Shown in pieces: positions 42,921 through 56,001 of a stretch of 64,000 bases of DNA. The translations under genes were made by a program, and so were the position numbers. Source of the stretch: Octopus vulgaris. Lineage: Eukaryota. The stretch's first letter is position 1; each line of letters starts with the position of its first letter. The notes below the pieces were generated by a model that did no database searches, was not told the origin of the DNA, and was given only the letters and a program-made list of their open reading frames with translations. The DNA lies in assembly GCA_951406725.2 (NCBI GenBank), contig OX597819.1:82584001-82648000 (forward strand), in the 5' to 3' direction.

Positions 42921-43804
42921 ACTCTGTCTCTTTCTCACACACCATTATCATTATTGCTACCCACCACACTCTCTCACATTACTTCCTTCTTTATTATTAT
43001 TATTAACAATAATAATAATAATACTTATTATTAACAATACATCATTCTCTCCTCATTGTTCTTTCTTTTCACTACTCACTTTTCTATCATTGTTTCTCTC
43101 TTATTGTTCTCTTGTCCTTTTATACCAGTCATGTCTTTCTATTTAACTTCTTGCTTCCATTACCCCTATTTCTTTTACCTTCTCACTCCTATCATTCCAT
43201 TACTCCCAGTCGCATTCTCTTTTTTTTCTAACTTGGTTCTCTCTCTTTTCTCCTCCTTGCTCTTTTTCTCTTTACCTCTCCCCCCACCACCTCTCTCTTT
43301 CTGTCATTCATTCCCTGGATCATACTGCTTTTAAACGAGCAGAGGCAATGTAGAGTAGAAAGAATTCTTTTTAGTCCTACTGAGGATATAATGACATCTT
43401 TGGTGCATGTGCTATAATAAACTGTACTCAATACACTGGACTGACTTTGACTACGATGACTCAATCCATCCATGCCAGTATAGAAAAGCAATTGTGAAAT
43501 GATGATATGAAAGATATGATATGATATGATGTTATGTGTTTATGTATAAATATCTGGACATATGAACATCATGCATTATTTATGTTTGTATGTATAATCA
43601 TAGTAGTGGGGTTTTTTTTAATATTTTGCCATGTGAATTTACTCTATTTCTCTGAGTTTCTTATGTTCCTTATTATTGTTCAGGTAACAAGAAAATAATG
43701 ATTCATAAGAGAACAAACACTTGGAATGGCTGTGAAATAAATAAAATTCAAATAATTATAAATACCTAAGTATGCACACACACACACACACATATTTATA
43801 TATG

Positions 43805-43844
<40 letters not shown>

Positions 43845-43849
43845 AGTAG

Positions 43850-44200
43850 GCATTGCTTTGCAATCACATGATTTCAGGTTCAGTCCCACTGCACAGCACC
43901 TCCCAATGTCTCCTAATATGTCGCAATACCTTGTGAGTAAATTTGACAAATGGAAACTGTGTGGAAGCATGTCGTGTGCGTGTGTGTTTTTGTGTCTGTA
44001 TTTGTCCCCTGCCACTGTTGGTAACTGGTGTGGGTTTGTTTACATTCCTATAAATTAACAGTTCAGCAAAAGAGACAAGTTGAATAAATACAAGGCTGGA
44101 GAAAAAGAAATAAGAACTTGTGTCAATTTATTCAACTAAAACTGTTCAAGGTGATGCACCAGCATAGTTCCAGTCTGATACTGAAACATGTAAAAGATAA
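43850..44200 (+). mobile_element. SINE family A, decayed
   Basis: caggttcagtcccactgc...cagcaaaagagac...ctgaaacatgtaaaaga. Confidence 0.75.
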
Positions 44201-46555
44201 GCTAAATGATACATACGGGAAAAGAGAGACTAACTATAAAATTAAGTCCCTATATTCTATTCTGCTATGATGTTTAAGTGCGAAAATGCAAATTTTCATC
44301 ATTTCTTGAAGCTATTCAATCAATGGACATTAAATGTTAGTATTGTAAATATGTAATCAGATAACATTAAATAGTTGAGTAATGAAACATTTTCTTCGTA
44401 TTCCTGCTAGGCATTTTTAACTGTAATTAACAAAGGAATATGGGTGAGTTATTTTGTTTGCTTGTTTGTTTATTTTTTTTGTGTATGTGTGTGTATGTAT
44501 TTATAGGTCTAAATCACTATCTCACACTGTTTGCATAATGAAAACCAATCAGACAAAAGAAAGCTGTAAGTGACAGGTTGATAGATGTGTTTCTTAAATT
44601 GAATAATGAAACAGTGACAACAGACTAAGATTGTTCCGACATATATCCAAACAAGAAACCAATTATACAGAGGAAAAGATAGGGAAAAAGAAATTGAATC
44701 AGCTTCATTTTACTGCAGGAAAGAAATAAACTAAAATATTAAACCATTCTACTTTATTGTATAATGTTACTATCTTTGTTGCGTTTCAGTTTTTAGAATT
44801 ATGCTTAAGGGAAAAAGGAAAAAAAAATTATTCACAAGAGTCTTCACAGGTATTATTTCATTAAATCTTAAATGTAGCTGAGTAGATAAGATACTAGTCT
44901 TCTGGCTTTCAGGCTTTGAATTTGTATTCATCTGCTCATATTACATTCTATCTTTGGGCAAAATCACTTAAATCTATTTGCCTTAGGCTTAATATCTGGT
45001 TAAGAAACCATTATTTCATTAAAGCAGCAGTACACCTATAAAGTTATTAATCACAAAATGAATGAGTCACTTTGATTCAAGGAGAACATTAGATTTTTCT
45101 TTCTTCCCAGATCATCAATGTTATTATTCTTGCTGCCAATTTTTATTGTTAACATCATCACCATGATTATTCTTTAACCCAGCAGTATTTAAAGTAAGAA
45201 TATCACATTCCTTCTAAACTCTATCTTCCTCTTGTTATAAGGCTTTTTGTTCTGTATTTATTAGTCCGTGAAATAAAAACAGTGCTATAGTATTTTCGAG
45301 ATCTCTTTTGTCTGGTTGATGCCAGATGGTTTTGGTCTCAAAAGAAAATTATTGGTCAGAATGAGACAGTTGGGTGCAACTGTTTGGATGCTGAGGCTTT
45401 GGTAATGCTGACTGGACATTCAACCTATTTTGGTGACAGTACTTTTTGGTGCAGGAGGCACACATACAGATAGAAAGAGAGGAAGAGAGAGAGAGAGAAG
45501 GAGGAAGGGCGAGCAAGATTACAATTTATTAATTGAATACAATTGGTGTATACATATAATGAGAATACAATTGGTGTATACACATAATGAGAAATATGCT
45601 CATACACATAAACAGAGAGAGGAACGTTAAAGCATCTGTAGTCAAATAAGTCAGTGTCAATTTTGCTATCAAATAGGCTCTGCCCCTATGTCTCATACTC
45701 ATAACTGATCGGGTATTTAGTATAGAATATGAGATATAAGACGGAAAGGGATAATGAAAGAAAGGGAGCCAGGCATGTCAAGTTCAGTTAGATACAAAGA
45801 AAAGAGAGACTCATCAAAGAAGCAGTAATCATTGGAGTGACAGTAAATGATGCATACTGAAGAAACAGCATGTAGCATGCTGGTAAATCATCTGGATTTC
45901 CTTATTTTCAATGTAATCAGTATCAATCATGTTTGTGTGTTTAGCAATAGCAGCAGAATCTAGCTATGAGCACAGTATTCTAATGTAGATTGCATGTAAG
46001 CTGTGTAGAAGGTCAGCAATAAATCAGAGGTGATGTATTTTCTGGCCTTGAACAGAAAGCCTTTCCTTTGAGATGAGATGCAGTTTTTACAACGTTATAG
46101 AGGTCAGGTTTTCAGAGAAGAATATGAGTGATTGTTAGGTATGCCGCAAGACTTGAATTACATATTGTTCATGAGTAAAGGGGTATGTTACAAGATTGGT
46201 TCCATGATGCTTATACACTTTTGTTTTATAATTCATTTGGGAAACAATAATATTGATGGTTCCAGATTTCTAAAGTGTCAATCACTAGATCACTGCATTT
46301 CTGATGACAAGATTTATGATGGATTGTCTGTACAACTGAGGCAGAACAAATGCTACACAAGGTATTTTTAGTTTTTTCAAAATTTGAAATTTTTACCAAT
46401 ATACAGTAGTAAAAGATATATGCAAACAAACCTGCACAAATATATTTATATATATATATATAAATTCAGCAAAATTTAGATTCAGATGAATATGGTACTT
46501 AAGTTAAAGGCACCAGAATTTTGTATGGTATTATCCACATAAATCAAATGGGGTG

Positions 46556-46591
<36 letters not shown>

Positions 46592-46595
<4 letters not shown>

Positions 46596-47491
46596 GTTAT
46601 CCCATAAATAATGCAGTTTGTTTTCAATTGCATGAGCTAAAAGTCAGAAGGGAGCAGGATAAACTACCTTCATCAACTTGCTATAAAAGCAAGTAGTAAT
46701 TTTACTTTGTACTTATTCTTAGTGCAAGTTTTGATGAGTGCAGTTCGATTTTAACAGTTATTTTTTCTAAGCTATAATGGAAGTGACAAAGGAGCATATT
46801 CAGCATATTTTGATTATGAGTTCAATAACGGCAACAACACAAAAGCAAGGGCAAAGAATATTAATGCAGTATATGGGGATCAGGTAATAAGCATAAACCA
46901 GTGTCAACGGTGGTTCCAGAAATCCTGAGCCAGAACTACTGGGCTAGATGAGCCTCATCCTGGAAGATCTGTAGAGCTTGACAAGGATGTCCTGCAAACC
47001 CTAGTGGAACAAAATCCCTTTGTAACTGTTGAGGAATTAGCAAAGAAACTTGGATTTGGTCATTCGACCATTCATTGACACCTGCATGCCATCAGAAAGT
47101 CAGCAAATTAGGTCAATGGTTTCTTCACAAAGTTTCTGAGTCTAATTGCACACAGAGAGTGAATATGTGCGTCTCTTTGCTGTCATGTCTCATGAATGAA
47201 CCTTTTTTGCCGCACCCACCATATTCGCCGGACATTGCCCCATCTGATTATCATTTATTCTGCAGTCTTCAAAATCATTTGGACAGAAAAAATATGAATT
47301 CTGTAAACGAGGAGGAGTATTTTTGTCATGGACAAGTAAATTTTGGAAGAGGGACCTTGTAAATCTACCAGATAGATAGATGGAAGAGCATTGTAGAAAA
47401 TGAAGGAGAGTATATTTTAGATTAAAAAAGAACTTTAATTTTGAAAAATATGAGAAGTATAAAAGAATGCATTATTTATGGCATGACCCAA
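46592..47491 (+). mobile_element. Internally deleted mariner, same family as 52795-54081
   Basis: TIRs TTGGGTTATCCCATAAATAATGC and GCATTATTTATGGCATGACCCAA within (TA)n. MEVTKEHI start; deletion at about 47209 joins NEPFL to PHPPYSPDIAPSDYHLF. Confidence 0.95.
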
Positions 47492-47499
47492 TATATATA

Positions 47500-47786
47500 T
47501 AGGGAGAATTCACACAAAAAAACAAAAGACGAAGACAGGTGGTGTAGACAACAAACAGATGTATTAGTATAATGCTTGGGAAGTCAAAAAGTCTTTAACA
47601 TTTCGAGCCAACGCTCTTCCACAGAAAGGAACACAGAAAAAATAAAGAATGTGTAGTGGCTAGCTATATATTAATGCAGTATATGGGGATCAGGCAATAA
47701 GCATAAACCAGTGTCAACGGTGGTTCCAGAAATCCTGAGCCAGAACTACTGCCTAGATGAGCCTCATCCTGGAAGATCATGGCGAA
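47500..47786 (-). mobile_element. PLE pseudo-LTR fragment with an atypical hammerhead-like motif and a 111-bp mariner-derived insert
   Basis: Reverse complement matches 59390-59540; motif CTTT-CTGTGGAAGA-GCGTTGGCTC-GAAATGTT-AAAG. Confidence 0.65.
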
Positions 47787-50700
47787 TATATATATATATA
47801 TATGGTGGGCTTCATAGTTTCCAGTTACCAAATTCTACTTCCAAGATATTAGTCAACCTGAAGCTAAAGGTAGAAAGCAGTAGTCCAAGCAGCTGCACAG
47901 TAAGATTGAATCTAGAATCAGATGGCTGCAAAGCTAACTTCTTAACCACACAACCAAGTCAGCACTCACATGTGTACTAATTGTGTATTTTACTACTAGA
48001 AAGGACTGTTCTAGACATCTTTATTGCAAGATATTTTCAAGGTTGACATCAGCAAAAAAACCTTCATAAAGGTGTGAAGTGTCAAATTGCATGAAGATCA
48101 CATTTATATGTCTAAAGTTAGGTAGGAATGCAAGTTGGCATCATCTTCATAGAAGTTGTCAGAAATGAAAAGATGAACACTTTTCAGAAGAAATAGTGTA
48201 GGAGATATAATCAAAGCTTGAGTCACACCAGAGTTATGAGAAAAGCAAACACATTGTACCCATCAGCAAACGTCTCAGTGGCATAAACTGACCGAAACAT
48301 TTGATCAACAAACAGGAAAATTTTTGAAGAACATAGAACATCATTAGATTTTCTGGTCAAATTAACTGAAACCTTGTTGATAGTAAAAGCAATATAACTG
48401 CTTTTATCACAGTTCGTATGGTGTGTGATGTACAAGGTCTTTGGTAAGTTTCTGGCAAATGTTGCTAATTAGAACCATAGTGAAATTTCTTCCTGTCCAT
48501 GTTTTACCTGCATATGTCAACTTACTGATGGATATAGATCAAATCAATCTCACTGGTCTCAGAGGAAATGAAAATGTTATAAGCTTTACCCACTTCCTTT
48601 TGACTAAATGATAAGGAAAAAACCACTACATTAGTGGACAGATTTAATTAAGTGCCTAACTGTCAAGGTTGGGCCAAGTGAAAAATTTATATCCTACTAT
48701 GTATTGCCAACATAAAACTAACACCTCCCCAAGTCGTTAGTTGTCTAATTGTATTATACACTGCAATAGACTACATATGTAAGGTAGGAAATACATCATG
48801 TGCATGAAAAATAATGACTTGCTCAAACATTTTTATCAACTTCCTTTCCAGTTGTTTGTTAGCATCTTACAAAATGAAGGACGCATTGATCAATGTAGTC
48901 ATAGATATACAAAAAATGGTATGTGGTTATGGCTGGAATAACCACGTACCATTGCTCAATCAGCTTCAGAATATGAAAGACATTCACTGTAGGATTTTGT
49001 GTAAAAAATATTTTAAGATTAGTTCCATATGACATATAGACTACCAAATCCACATTTCACTATCATGCAAAATCATAGCTCATATGCAAGTATCATACAA
49101 TTTGCCCATCTCTCTGAAGGAATAGATCTTTGTTATTGGGTAAAAGCTCCCTGGACATTTTTCAGTCTATTCTTAAACTGGCTACTATTTTTTCAGAACT
49201 ACCTTCACTGTTAATTTGCCACTTAGATAACAGAAACTATCATTTCTTTCTAGTGAGTCAAGCATTTTAGAGAATATATTTCCAATATTCCCTGAGTTCT
49301 TATTACCCCTGTGATTCCATTATATCTTATGTGCCTCCTTAGCTTATACAGGCATACCTACCTATATTTTTCCGCACATTGAGCAAGACCATCCACTAAT
49401 AATATAAAGGTCCTGATTTCTTTCTTACTTATTAACACCTTAATCTTTGCTAAGTTCTCTGGTATAGAATTTAGGGCCAGGAGAGGTAAAATATTTGAAA
49501 AACCTGAATGTGTCAGTTTTTTAACCACAATCATATTCTCCAATATTTAAAACAGAAGATGTATAAGGCAGAAAATAATTTCTAAATATATTATAAATTA
49601 AAAGGATATGATAGTAGATGTTTATTACACAGCACTGCTATATATTGTGTATCTATTGTATATAATATATGTTTCATATATTTAAAATATACAGGCTGGG
49701 TTGTCATAGCTAGAATGGCATTGTGTTATTTTCTTTTATAGTGGGTCATTGAAACGTGAGTAATATTTTAAGAAGTAAAAAAGTAACATGTATATCTCTC
49801 ACAAGTAATACACACATTGTGCTTGGAATAACAAATTTATGCAGAATTACAATGATTCTCATTCAACAAATTGGTCACCAACTGCATTCTATGTTTCCCT
49901 GGCAATGTTAACCATTCTTCCAATATAATATATTATTATAATATATGTATATGTATGTGCATGTATATACGTGTGGGTTTATGTACACACACACATATAT
50001 CATTATCATATTATATCTGCTTTCTATGCTGGCATAGTTTGGATAGCTTGCTTGCTACACTCAGACTCAGCACGTGTTCAAGAAATATTGCTCACCTTGG
50101 TGAAGCAGGGACATCTTATCTTGTTCGTGTTTGAACTTCAGCTAGCTTTTTATGACACACAATAAAGTGAAATTATTGTGGTGTCTCATGTGATTCACTG
50201 GTAAATGCAAATTTCAAAACATCTAAAATTTCAATCGTATTGTGTATCAGCCAGAGCTACCCGAGACCAGAATCTAACAAAAGTACAACTGTGATAAGAT
50301 ATTCCAATCTGAAACTGTCAGAATGTATTAATAATGAATGTATGCATTAAATACATGCTCAAATCAGCTGATACACCCATGTTTGCACCCACACACATAT
50401 ACACACACAACTGATAGCCTTAAACATACATTATATAACCTCACACAATCACACACGTCCACTCACACACAGATGCACATATAAATACACAGAGCACATA
50501 TGCACACATTGCTCCACATACATGCACATACTTGCACATGCATCACACATATTCACATACATACATACACACACCCACATAAGCTTTATATTCATGCATA
50601 TGTTTGCTCACATACACACACTTTGTCCATACACACATGCCTGTGTGCTCACACTTTAGCCAGGTTACTGTTGTCTCCCTTGTCACCCTTGTCTCCAACC

Positions 50701-51041
50701 ACTTCTTTTTTTCCAATCAGTTCAAAATGTGCAACTATTAATTACGATGTTTTTTTTTCTCTATATCAATCCTTTCTGAAGAAGAGCATTGGCTTGAAAT
50801 ATTAAAGACCCTTCCATTTTCCTGAACATCAAACTTAATACACCTTGTTTGTTGTTCCGTCACCTGTCTCTGTCCATTTTTTTTGTACACTTTTGAACCA
50901 TATATATGTCTGCATGCATGCATGCATTATCTATTTATTTATTTTATTAATATTTAGCAGAAGCAACAGAGTGACTCAAGGGCTGAGAGTTTCATGCATT
51001 AGCAATTATCAAACCTAAATATATATATAAGTATATATACA

Positions 51042-51110
51042 ATGAGCTTCTTTCAGTTTCCATGTATCAAATCTGCTCACAAGACTTTGGTTGGCCCAGA
51101 GCTATTGTAG
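51042..51110 (-). mobile_element. SINE family A fragment fused to an RTE fragment
   Basis: gcttctttcagtttccatgtatcaaatctgctcacaagactttggttggcc. Confidence 0.65.
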
Positions 51111-52240
51111 AAAAACTAGAAGTAGTTGATAGCTTCCGTTACCTAGGTGACCAAGTCAGTAACAGAGGTGGATGCTCTGAGAGCATAGCTGCTAGAATAA
51201 GAATAGACTGGGCAAAGTTCAGAGAGCTCCTACCTCTACTAGTAGCAAAGGGCCTCCTGCTCAAAGTGAAGGTAGACTGTATGATGCCTGTGTGTGAACA
51301 GCCATGCTACATGGAAGTAAAACATGGTCTGTGACTGCTGAGGACATGCATAGGCTTGAAAGAAATGAAGTTAGTATGCTCCTTTGGATGTGCAATGTCA
51401 GTGTGCATACACGACAGAGTATAAGCACCCTGAGAGAAAAGTTGGACATCAGATGTGGTGTGCAAAAGAGATAACTGTGCTGGTATGGTCATGTGGTGCA
51501 TATGGATGAGAACAACTGTGTGAAAAAGTGTTACGCCCTAACAGTGGAAGGAACCTGCAAAAGAGGGAGACCCAGAAAGACATGAGATGAGATGGTGAAG
51601 CACAACAGAGTATAAGCACCCTGAGAGAAAAGTTGTACATAAGAAACATCAGATATGGTGTGCAAGAGAGACAACTGTGCTGGTATGGTCATGTGGTGCT
51701 AGCTCACATATAGCAGAGAGGTGGTTGTTTAGACATATTTTAGCCAAAACAAGAACAAGTTGGTAAAAGTTCAGGGTACTATTATTACTACTGTTAGTAA
51801 TGAAGATTTTCTTCCTCAGATTGAAGGGTAACTTGTACGACGTTTACATTAAAACTGCAAGGATGCATGATAGTAAGTCATGAGCCTTAAAGGCAGTAAA
51901 CTTATGAAGATCAGGAAGAAATGAGGCAAGTATAAACCAATAAGTATATAATGTTAATATGCATAAATATCAGAATAAAATCAGCTGAAAGAAAAAACTA
52001 GGTGCTGTGTGCAAGAGAGAAAAATGTCACATATAAAGGATGATTGATACATAAAGATGTGCCAACTCTAAATTAGTGGAACCTAGAGAAATGGGGAAAT
52101 GGGGGACAGAAGAAGACTTACAATGAAGTAGATACTGCATTTCACAGAGCAGAAGACAAATTACTGTACCGATTGGTAATATGCAGTACTACAGAGGACC
52201 TGTCCACCTATGGCAAAACATAACTTCAGACAAGGATAGA
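51108..52240 (+). mobile_element. RTE LINE C-terminal fragments: a younger copy with internal duplication, then an older copy
   Basis: EKLEVVDSFRYLGDQVSNRGGCSESIAARIRIDWAKFRELLPLL; 51414-51499 is repeated at 51605-51698; a more decayed homologue starts at about 51720. Confidence 0.85.
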
Positions 52241-52269
52241 GTTTAGAAGCTGATAGACATATATATATA

Positions 52270-52432
52270 GGTGCAGGCATGGCCGTGTGGTAAGAAGCTT
52301 GCTTTCCAACCACATAGTTCCAGGTTCAGTCCCACTGCGTGGCACCTTGGGCAAGCATCTTCTACTATAGCCTTGGGCCAACAAAAGCCTGGTGAGTGGA
52401 TTTGGTAGATTGAAACAAGTAAAAGGATAAAA
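52270..52432 (+). mobile_element. SINE family A, internally deleted (head joined to tail)
   Basis: Head as at 10128, then gatttggtagattgaaacaagtaaaag. Confidence 0.85.
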
Positions 52433-52436
52433 GAAT

Positions 52437-52480
<44 letters not shown>

Positions 52481-52794
52481 TATGCGTTTTTGTGTGTGTA
52501 CACATATATACATATGCACACACACACACGTATATGCATGTGTGTAAATATCTATCTATCATCTATTTCTATCTGTCTATCCATTCATACATGCATGCAT
52601 ACATATAATACACACATGTAGCAGATGTACATACATATATCAAAACAGGAAATTGGAAAAATTTCTGCTATTAATTATTCACCATTACTCATGTTTCATT
52701 TGCTAATAAGTGTGACCAAAGTTTCGTGAGCAGGTTTGGTAGACAGAAACTGAAAGAAGCCTATCATGTGTGTGTATATATACATACATATTTA

Positions 52795-54081
52795 TTGAGT
52801 CATCCTATAAATAATGCAGTTTGTTTCAATTGCATGAACTAAAGGTTGGAGTGGGATGGGATAAACTACCTCCATTAGCTTGCTATAAAAGCAGGTAGTC
52901 ATTTTACCTTGTACTTATTCATAGTGCAAGTTTTAAAGAGTGCAGTTCGATTTTAACAGTTATTTTTTCAAAGTTATAATGGAAGTGACAAAGGAGCATA
53001 TTTGGTATATTTTGCTTTATGAGTTCAATAAAGGCAACAACACAACAGAAAGTGTGGAGAATATTAATACGGTGTATGGGGATTGGGCAATAAGCATAAG
53101 CCAGTGTCAATGGTGGTTCCAGAAATTCCAAGCTGGAAACTACAGCCTAAAAGAAGAGCCTCATCCTGAAAGATCTGTGGAGATCAACAAGGACATCCTG
53201 CAAACCCTGGTGAAACAAAATCCTATCGTAACTGTTGAGGAACTAGCAGAGAATCTTGGATTTGGTCATTCAACCATTCATCAACACCTGCGTGCCATCA
53301 GAAAAGTCAGCAAATTGGATCAGTGGGTTCCTCACAAACTTTCTGTGTCTAATCATGTGCAGAGAATGAACGCGTGCTCTTCTTTGCTGAAACATCTCAC
53401 AAATGAACCTTTTTTGGACTGAATAGTGACTGGCAATTAGAAATGTGTTCCCTATAAAAATGTCAAGTGCCAAAGACAGTGGGTAGGGAAAAGAGAAATA
53501 CCAGCACCCCAGGCTAAAGAAGGTCTTCACTCATGTAAGGTATTGTTATATGTCTGGTGGGATATGAAAGGTTTAGTCCATTTTAAGCTTTCAAACCCAA
53601 ACCAAATGATAACAAAGGAGATCTACTGCAAGCAGCTTCAGTGGCTGAAGTCAGCTCTAGAAGAAAAACGACCATCTTTGACTTCACAACGAAAGGTGAT
53701 TTTCCATCAGGATAATGCTCAGCCCCATGCAGTGAGGATGACATTCCAAAAGTTGGAGCAGTTTAAATAGGAAGCGATGACCCACCCACCATATTTGCCA
53801 GACATTGCTCCATCTCATTATTATTTATTCCGTAGTCTTCAAAATCATTTGGACAGAAAAAATATGAATTCTGTAAACGAGGTCAGAATAGTACTGGAGG
53901 AGTATTTTTCATCTCAGACAAGTGAATTTCAGAAGAGGGGTCTTGGAAGTCTTCCAGATAGATGGAAGAGCATTGTAGAAAATGAAGGAGAGTATATTTT
54001 AGATTTTTAAAAATCTTGGTTTATCTTAATTTTGAAAATAAAAGAAGTATAAAAAAACACATTATTTATGGGATGACTCAA
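52795..54081 (+). mobile_element. Full-length (1287 bp) inactive mariner transposon
   Basis: TA TSD; TIRs TTGAGTCATCCTATAAATAATG and CATTATTTATGGGATGACTCAA. Transposase from ATG 52979 with WVPHKL, IVTGN*K, FHQDNAQPH and HPPYLPDIAPSHYYLF; in-frame stops, first and third catalytic Asp mutated. Confidence 0.97.
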
Positions 54082-54284
54082 TATATACATATACATGATG
54101 AAGTGTGTGTATGTATCTTTATCTATATCTACATTTCCCACTACCACTTGACAACCAGTGTTTACATCCCTATAACTTAGTGCAGCACTCCAATCACTGA
54201 AACAGGTAAAATATAAAAGATACATACATACATACATACATAGATACATACATACATACATGTGTCTGTATAAATATACATATA

Positions 54285-56001
54285 TGAGGTGTGTTAAAAA
54301 TATCTGACTTTGTTTTGTTCTTGCCAAAACTAATGCTGTGTGGCCAAAATCCTTTAAGTGGGAAGTGAATCCACCCTTCCTAAGCATGAATGAAAATTTT
54401 TGGTACCAGTAGGCCATGTCAGCTATCAGCTGTTATGCTTAGAGTACAGATGTGTAGTTCACACTCATCAGATTTTTGTTTTCATATAAGATGACTGAAC
54501 ACATTGAGCATAGATATCGCAAAATGTTTTGCCAAAAGTTTGGTGATAATTAGGCGTAGGAGTGGCTGTGTGGTAAGTAGCTTGCTTACAAACCACATGG
54601 TTCCGGGTTCAGTCCCACTGCATGGCACCTTGGGCAAATGTCTTCAACTATAGCCTCAAACCAACCAAAGCCTTGTGAGTGGATTTGGTAGACGGAAACT
54701 GAAAGAAGCCTGTCATATATATGTATATATATGTGTGTGTGTATGTTTGTGTGTCTATGTTTGTCCCCCCAACATTGCTTGACAACCGATGCTGGTGTGT
54801 TTACGTCCCTGTAACTTAGCAGTTCAGCAAAAGAGACCAATAGAATAAGTACTAAGCTTACAAAGAATAAGTCTTGGGGTCGATTTGCTTGACTAAAGGC
54901 GGTGCTCCAGCATGGCCACAGTCAAAATGACTGAACCCAGTAAAAGAGTAAAAGAGAGAGTATACTCAATTTCAAACCTACCAGAAGATTCAGCAGGCCT
55001 TTGATAATGATGCCATGGGAAAACGTCAGATCAAGGAGTGGTAAAGCTGCTTCAAACCTAGCCACACCTCAGTGGAGAGTGAAATATGCACAGGCATGCC
55101 ATTCTCAAGCCAAAACAAAGAGCCAATTGGAAGACCCTTGTGTAACAATACAAGAAATTGCTCATGAAGTGGGAATCAGTACATTTCATTTTGACTGGCA
55201 ATTTGTACCTGTGGATAGTGTCAATGAAATTCGTTGTGAAAGTTCGAGCAGAACGCCAGAAGCAACTCCAGATGGAAACTGTGTAGGACATGCTGGACTG
55301 TGCAACCCATGACCTAGACTGCATGAAGACCATCATCACTGGGGATGAGACATAGGTTTATGGTTATGACCCAGAAACCAAGTTCCAGTCCTCCCAATGG
55401 AAGCATTAGTCATCACCAAGGCACAAAACAACATGATAGGTTTGCAGCAATGTGAAGGTAAGGTTGACCTGTTTCTTTGGCTCATGTAGTATTGTGCATT
55501 ATGAATACACACCACAAGGCCAAACAATGAATAAAAAATACCACTTGGAGGTTATACATTGCCTTCATGATGCCATGCATCAAAAGCAACCAGACATGTG
55601 GGCAGCGAAGAATCAGCAACTTCACCACAACAATGCGTCCACTCATTCTGCCCACATAATTCAAGTTATCCTGGTCAACAACAACACAACACTTGTTCGA
55701 CAGGTTCCCTACTTTTCCAACTTAGTACTGTGTGACTTTTGGCTCTTCCCCAAACTGGAAACCACACTGAAATGGAAATGACTTGATTAGTGAGAGGAAA
55801 TTATTAGAGAAGCAATGCTGAAGCAGCATATGATTCCAGAGACGATCTTCAAGGGCTGTTAACAGTAGTAGCAGAACTGCTGGGTGAAGTGCATGAACTC
55901 CCAAGGAGATTATTTTAAAGGCAATTAAATAAAATTTGTGAAATGTACAAAATTGTTTTTTTTTTATACCCAAAGGTCGAACACTTTTTGAATGCACCTC
56001 A
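54285..56001 (+). mobile_element. Second mariner family, decayed, with nested SINE
   Basis: Ends TGAGGTGTGTTAAAAA and TTTTGAATGCACCTCA; IITGDET*VYGYDPETK, LHHNNASTHSAH, PYFSNLVLCDFWLFPKL. Confidence 0.9.
54553..54958 (+). mobile_element. SINE family A, full length, nested in mariner
   Basis: Near-identical to 10128-10530; interrupts the transposase after FCQKFGD. Confidence 0.92.

Larger units (their letters stand above)
45640..48480 (-). mobile_element. Ancient CR1/Jockey-group LINE relic in two pieces (about 45640-46130 and 48000-48480), split by younger insertions
   Basis: IAFTINKVS (LDISKAF-like) and FYEDDANLHS (YADD-like) in the right piece; LYTAYMQSTLEYCAHS in the left piece. Confidence 0.4.

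Noticed and set aside
49362-49503. Minus-strand open segment bounded by CAG and GTAGGT
   Set aside because: No pyrimidine tract at the acceptor and the peptide is unrecognised.
52940-53422. SETMAR-like host gene
   Set aside because: Bounded by TIRs and a TA TSD, has stops and no SET domain; it is a dead mariner.
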